The notes under the pieces were generated by a model. It did no database searches. It was not told the origin of the DNA and saw only the letters and a list, made by a program, of their open reading frames with translations. From Orbicella franksi (Eukaryota): 64,000 nucleotides of DNA. Position 1 is the stretch's first letter. Every line of letters begins with the position of its first letter. Made by a program: the position numbers and the translations under genes. The DNA is taken from NCBI GenBank assembly GCA_964199315.1, contig OZ116698.1, positions 5,642,001 to 5,706,000 of the forward strand, given 5' to 3'. Below, piece after piece: positions 61,931 through 64,000 of this stretch.

Positions 61931-64000
61931 TGAGGGTACAGTGATTTTACATAACCTGTGATGCTGAAATGATGTGTAAAAGTCACATGCCTAAATCAAA
62001 AAAAAGAAAGCAAGTTTATCAGGGAGTAATGAGGTGTCTTATTATGTGGCCTATTTCAGCACTTTGGGGTTATTCTCAAATAGGGTTCAGTAACTAGTTA
62101 AGAGTGGTATAACCTCTGTTCTTTAGGGAATTTGTAATAAGATTTCTTTGATATTTTTTGTATTCCATACTTAATGAAACTAGTCCCTTGCACATAATAT
62201 CAAAATGTAAATATACAACTTTGAAAGCAGGTTTACGGGTTGTAGGTGTATCTCAGCAAAGGTACTTTAACATCTAATTTCTCGTCTCTAAACTTAAATG
62301 GTGGTTCTTTGGATGGGTTCAAATCACCAAGTGAAGCTTAAAGCTCATATGGTACTGTTATAAAGGACGTTCCTGTTCTGCAATGCTCCTGTGAATGGTT
62401 AAGATGAACTACACATTGTTTTGGGATTGGCTAACCTAAGCTGTTTTGGAATTGTAGGCAAACTTAGTAAAAGTGGTGTTATTTAATCTGCCCAAAACAT
62501 GTTCTTGGTTTGGCTGGGAAAGATCTACATAACTTCCAAAATGGACAGTTCACTTGAAAGGTGGGCAAAAGTGAATATAAATTTATGTTTTTATATGAGT
62601 TACGTTTTGTAAAGGTCATCTGTTTTCATAACTTTTTAATATAATAAAAGGCAGTTGGAGTAACTTGTAACTAAGTAAAGTAATTAAAGTGGTCCATTGT
62701 TTGTAAGATTGTATAGAACCAAATGCTCCACAATTCGTTATGGTCAAAAGGCCAGAGGAGCCCAACTATCATTAAATTTCACGCTGAAGTTGAAAGCTTA
62801 ATTTACCAGGATTGCACAGAGAGATAGTTATTCACAATTTTGACTGAAAAATTACAAAGTCAATCCAGAGTAAGTAAACTCTGCAAGAAACACAGATGAA
62901 GGGATTAGTGTGTCGAAAAGTTGCCACGAGAAACTTTTCCAACCTACAGATAACTTTTCTAACATATGTTAATTTACTAAGAGAATGTGTACTTATATCA
63001 ACTGTACGTTCTGGCATGAGTGCATTGCTTGGTGACAATCTGGTCTTGAAGACAACACAGATCACATTATACAGCTTACCAAACAACAAAATCATTTAAA
63101 CTAAATTGCAAGGAATAATTCCCAGTCAATTGAATAAAATTGCTCACAGATTACAAATCAACTAAAATTTGGAAATATAAAAGAGAATATAAAATTGTGT
63201 GTCAACATATTATCCTATGTATTATCAAAAGTAACTGTTGCATAAAATGGTATAAATTTGAATGAGGTTAACAATTAAAATACTCACACAAAGTAATATT
63301 TGTGAAAAAGGATCAATAAAAAGAAATCAAGGTATCTTGTAACAATAATCTAGGAACTCTGATTAGTTCTGGCCAGTGGTGGCTCATTCTCCAAACGTGC
63401 CTTACAATGAGAAAGATCCAAAAATAAAAACATGTATTCTGGAGAATGTGAAATGGCAGAGGCACAAAAACGGCGTTTTTTTTTAGCAGGGACTTAGAAG
63501 TGGAATGCACACAAGCGAAGAAACAAGGTTACCAGTATGTAGGGGAACAGAATAACACCGAGTGGGGGACAAAAGTGTACTTGCTGTATTAATGCAAGAA
63601 CATCGTATTCAGCCTCTGCCATTTTATACAATAACTCTAAGTAAACATATGCATAGTTCCTGGTGTAGGCTGGGTGAAGAGAATAGAAGAAGGTTGGGAA
63701 GATGACTAGTCCTGGTTGATGAGGAAGGAGCAGCATGAGGGAAAGACCTCTTGCTGTCAGTGGTCAAGAGTCCACATAAACCAGAGGTGACCATCCAACA
63801 ACATCTGAAGCATTTCCTGTTGAGTATGGGACATCATAGTGGCTGCAAAGCAGCTCTGGTGTGGTGTAGGGGCACTGACGCACCCTCCAGCTAAAGCAAG
63901 AGGAAGAAATCTTTCCATCACATAATTGTGAATACTATGTACATGCACATTACATGTAATACAACCTGGTCCCAATCCATAATTTGACAATACTGCTTTT

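Noticed and set aside
63313-63990. Short minus-strand ORFs at the window end
   Set aside because: No recognisable motif or consistent splice structure.

Overview
AT-rich eukaryotic genomic DNA with spliceosomal introns and repeat types typical of cnidarians, most likely a stony coral (inference). Three domains. (1) 1-29 kb, CpG-rich: a tandem cluster of short contactin-associated-protein-like (CASPR/CNTNAP-type) genes with architecture signal peptide - PAN/Apple-like - EGF - fibrinogen-like domain. One gene is complete (23662-27391), one lacks a recognisable first exon (10645-18968), and two disabled fragments cover only the variable C-terminal half. The cluster is interspersed with three long-inverted-repeat (foldback) elements, several MITEs and a Penelope-like remnant with hammerhead ribozyme motifs. 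(2) 31-40 kb: head-to-head housekeeping pair MCMBP (minus, 2 exons) and TMCO1 (plus, 7 exons) sharing a 238-bp promoter. (3) 41-64 kb, CpG-depleted by eye: a graveyard of decayed elements (MULE, DIRS/Ngaro-like, L2/CR1, Harbinger with an internal inversion, ISL2EU-like, BEL/Pao, Gypsy/Ginger integrase, SINEs, minisatellite), possibly intronic to an unidentified plus-strand gene starting near 40.6-41.5 kb. All alignments, counts and family calls were made by eye; no database search was run.
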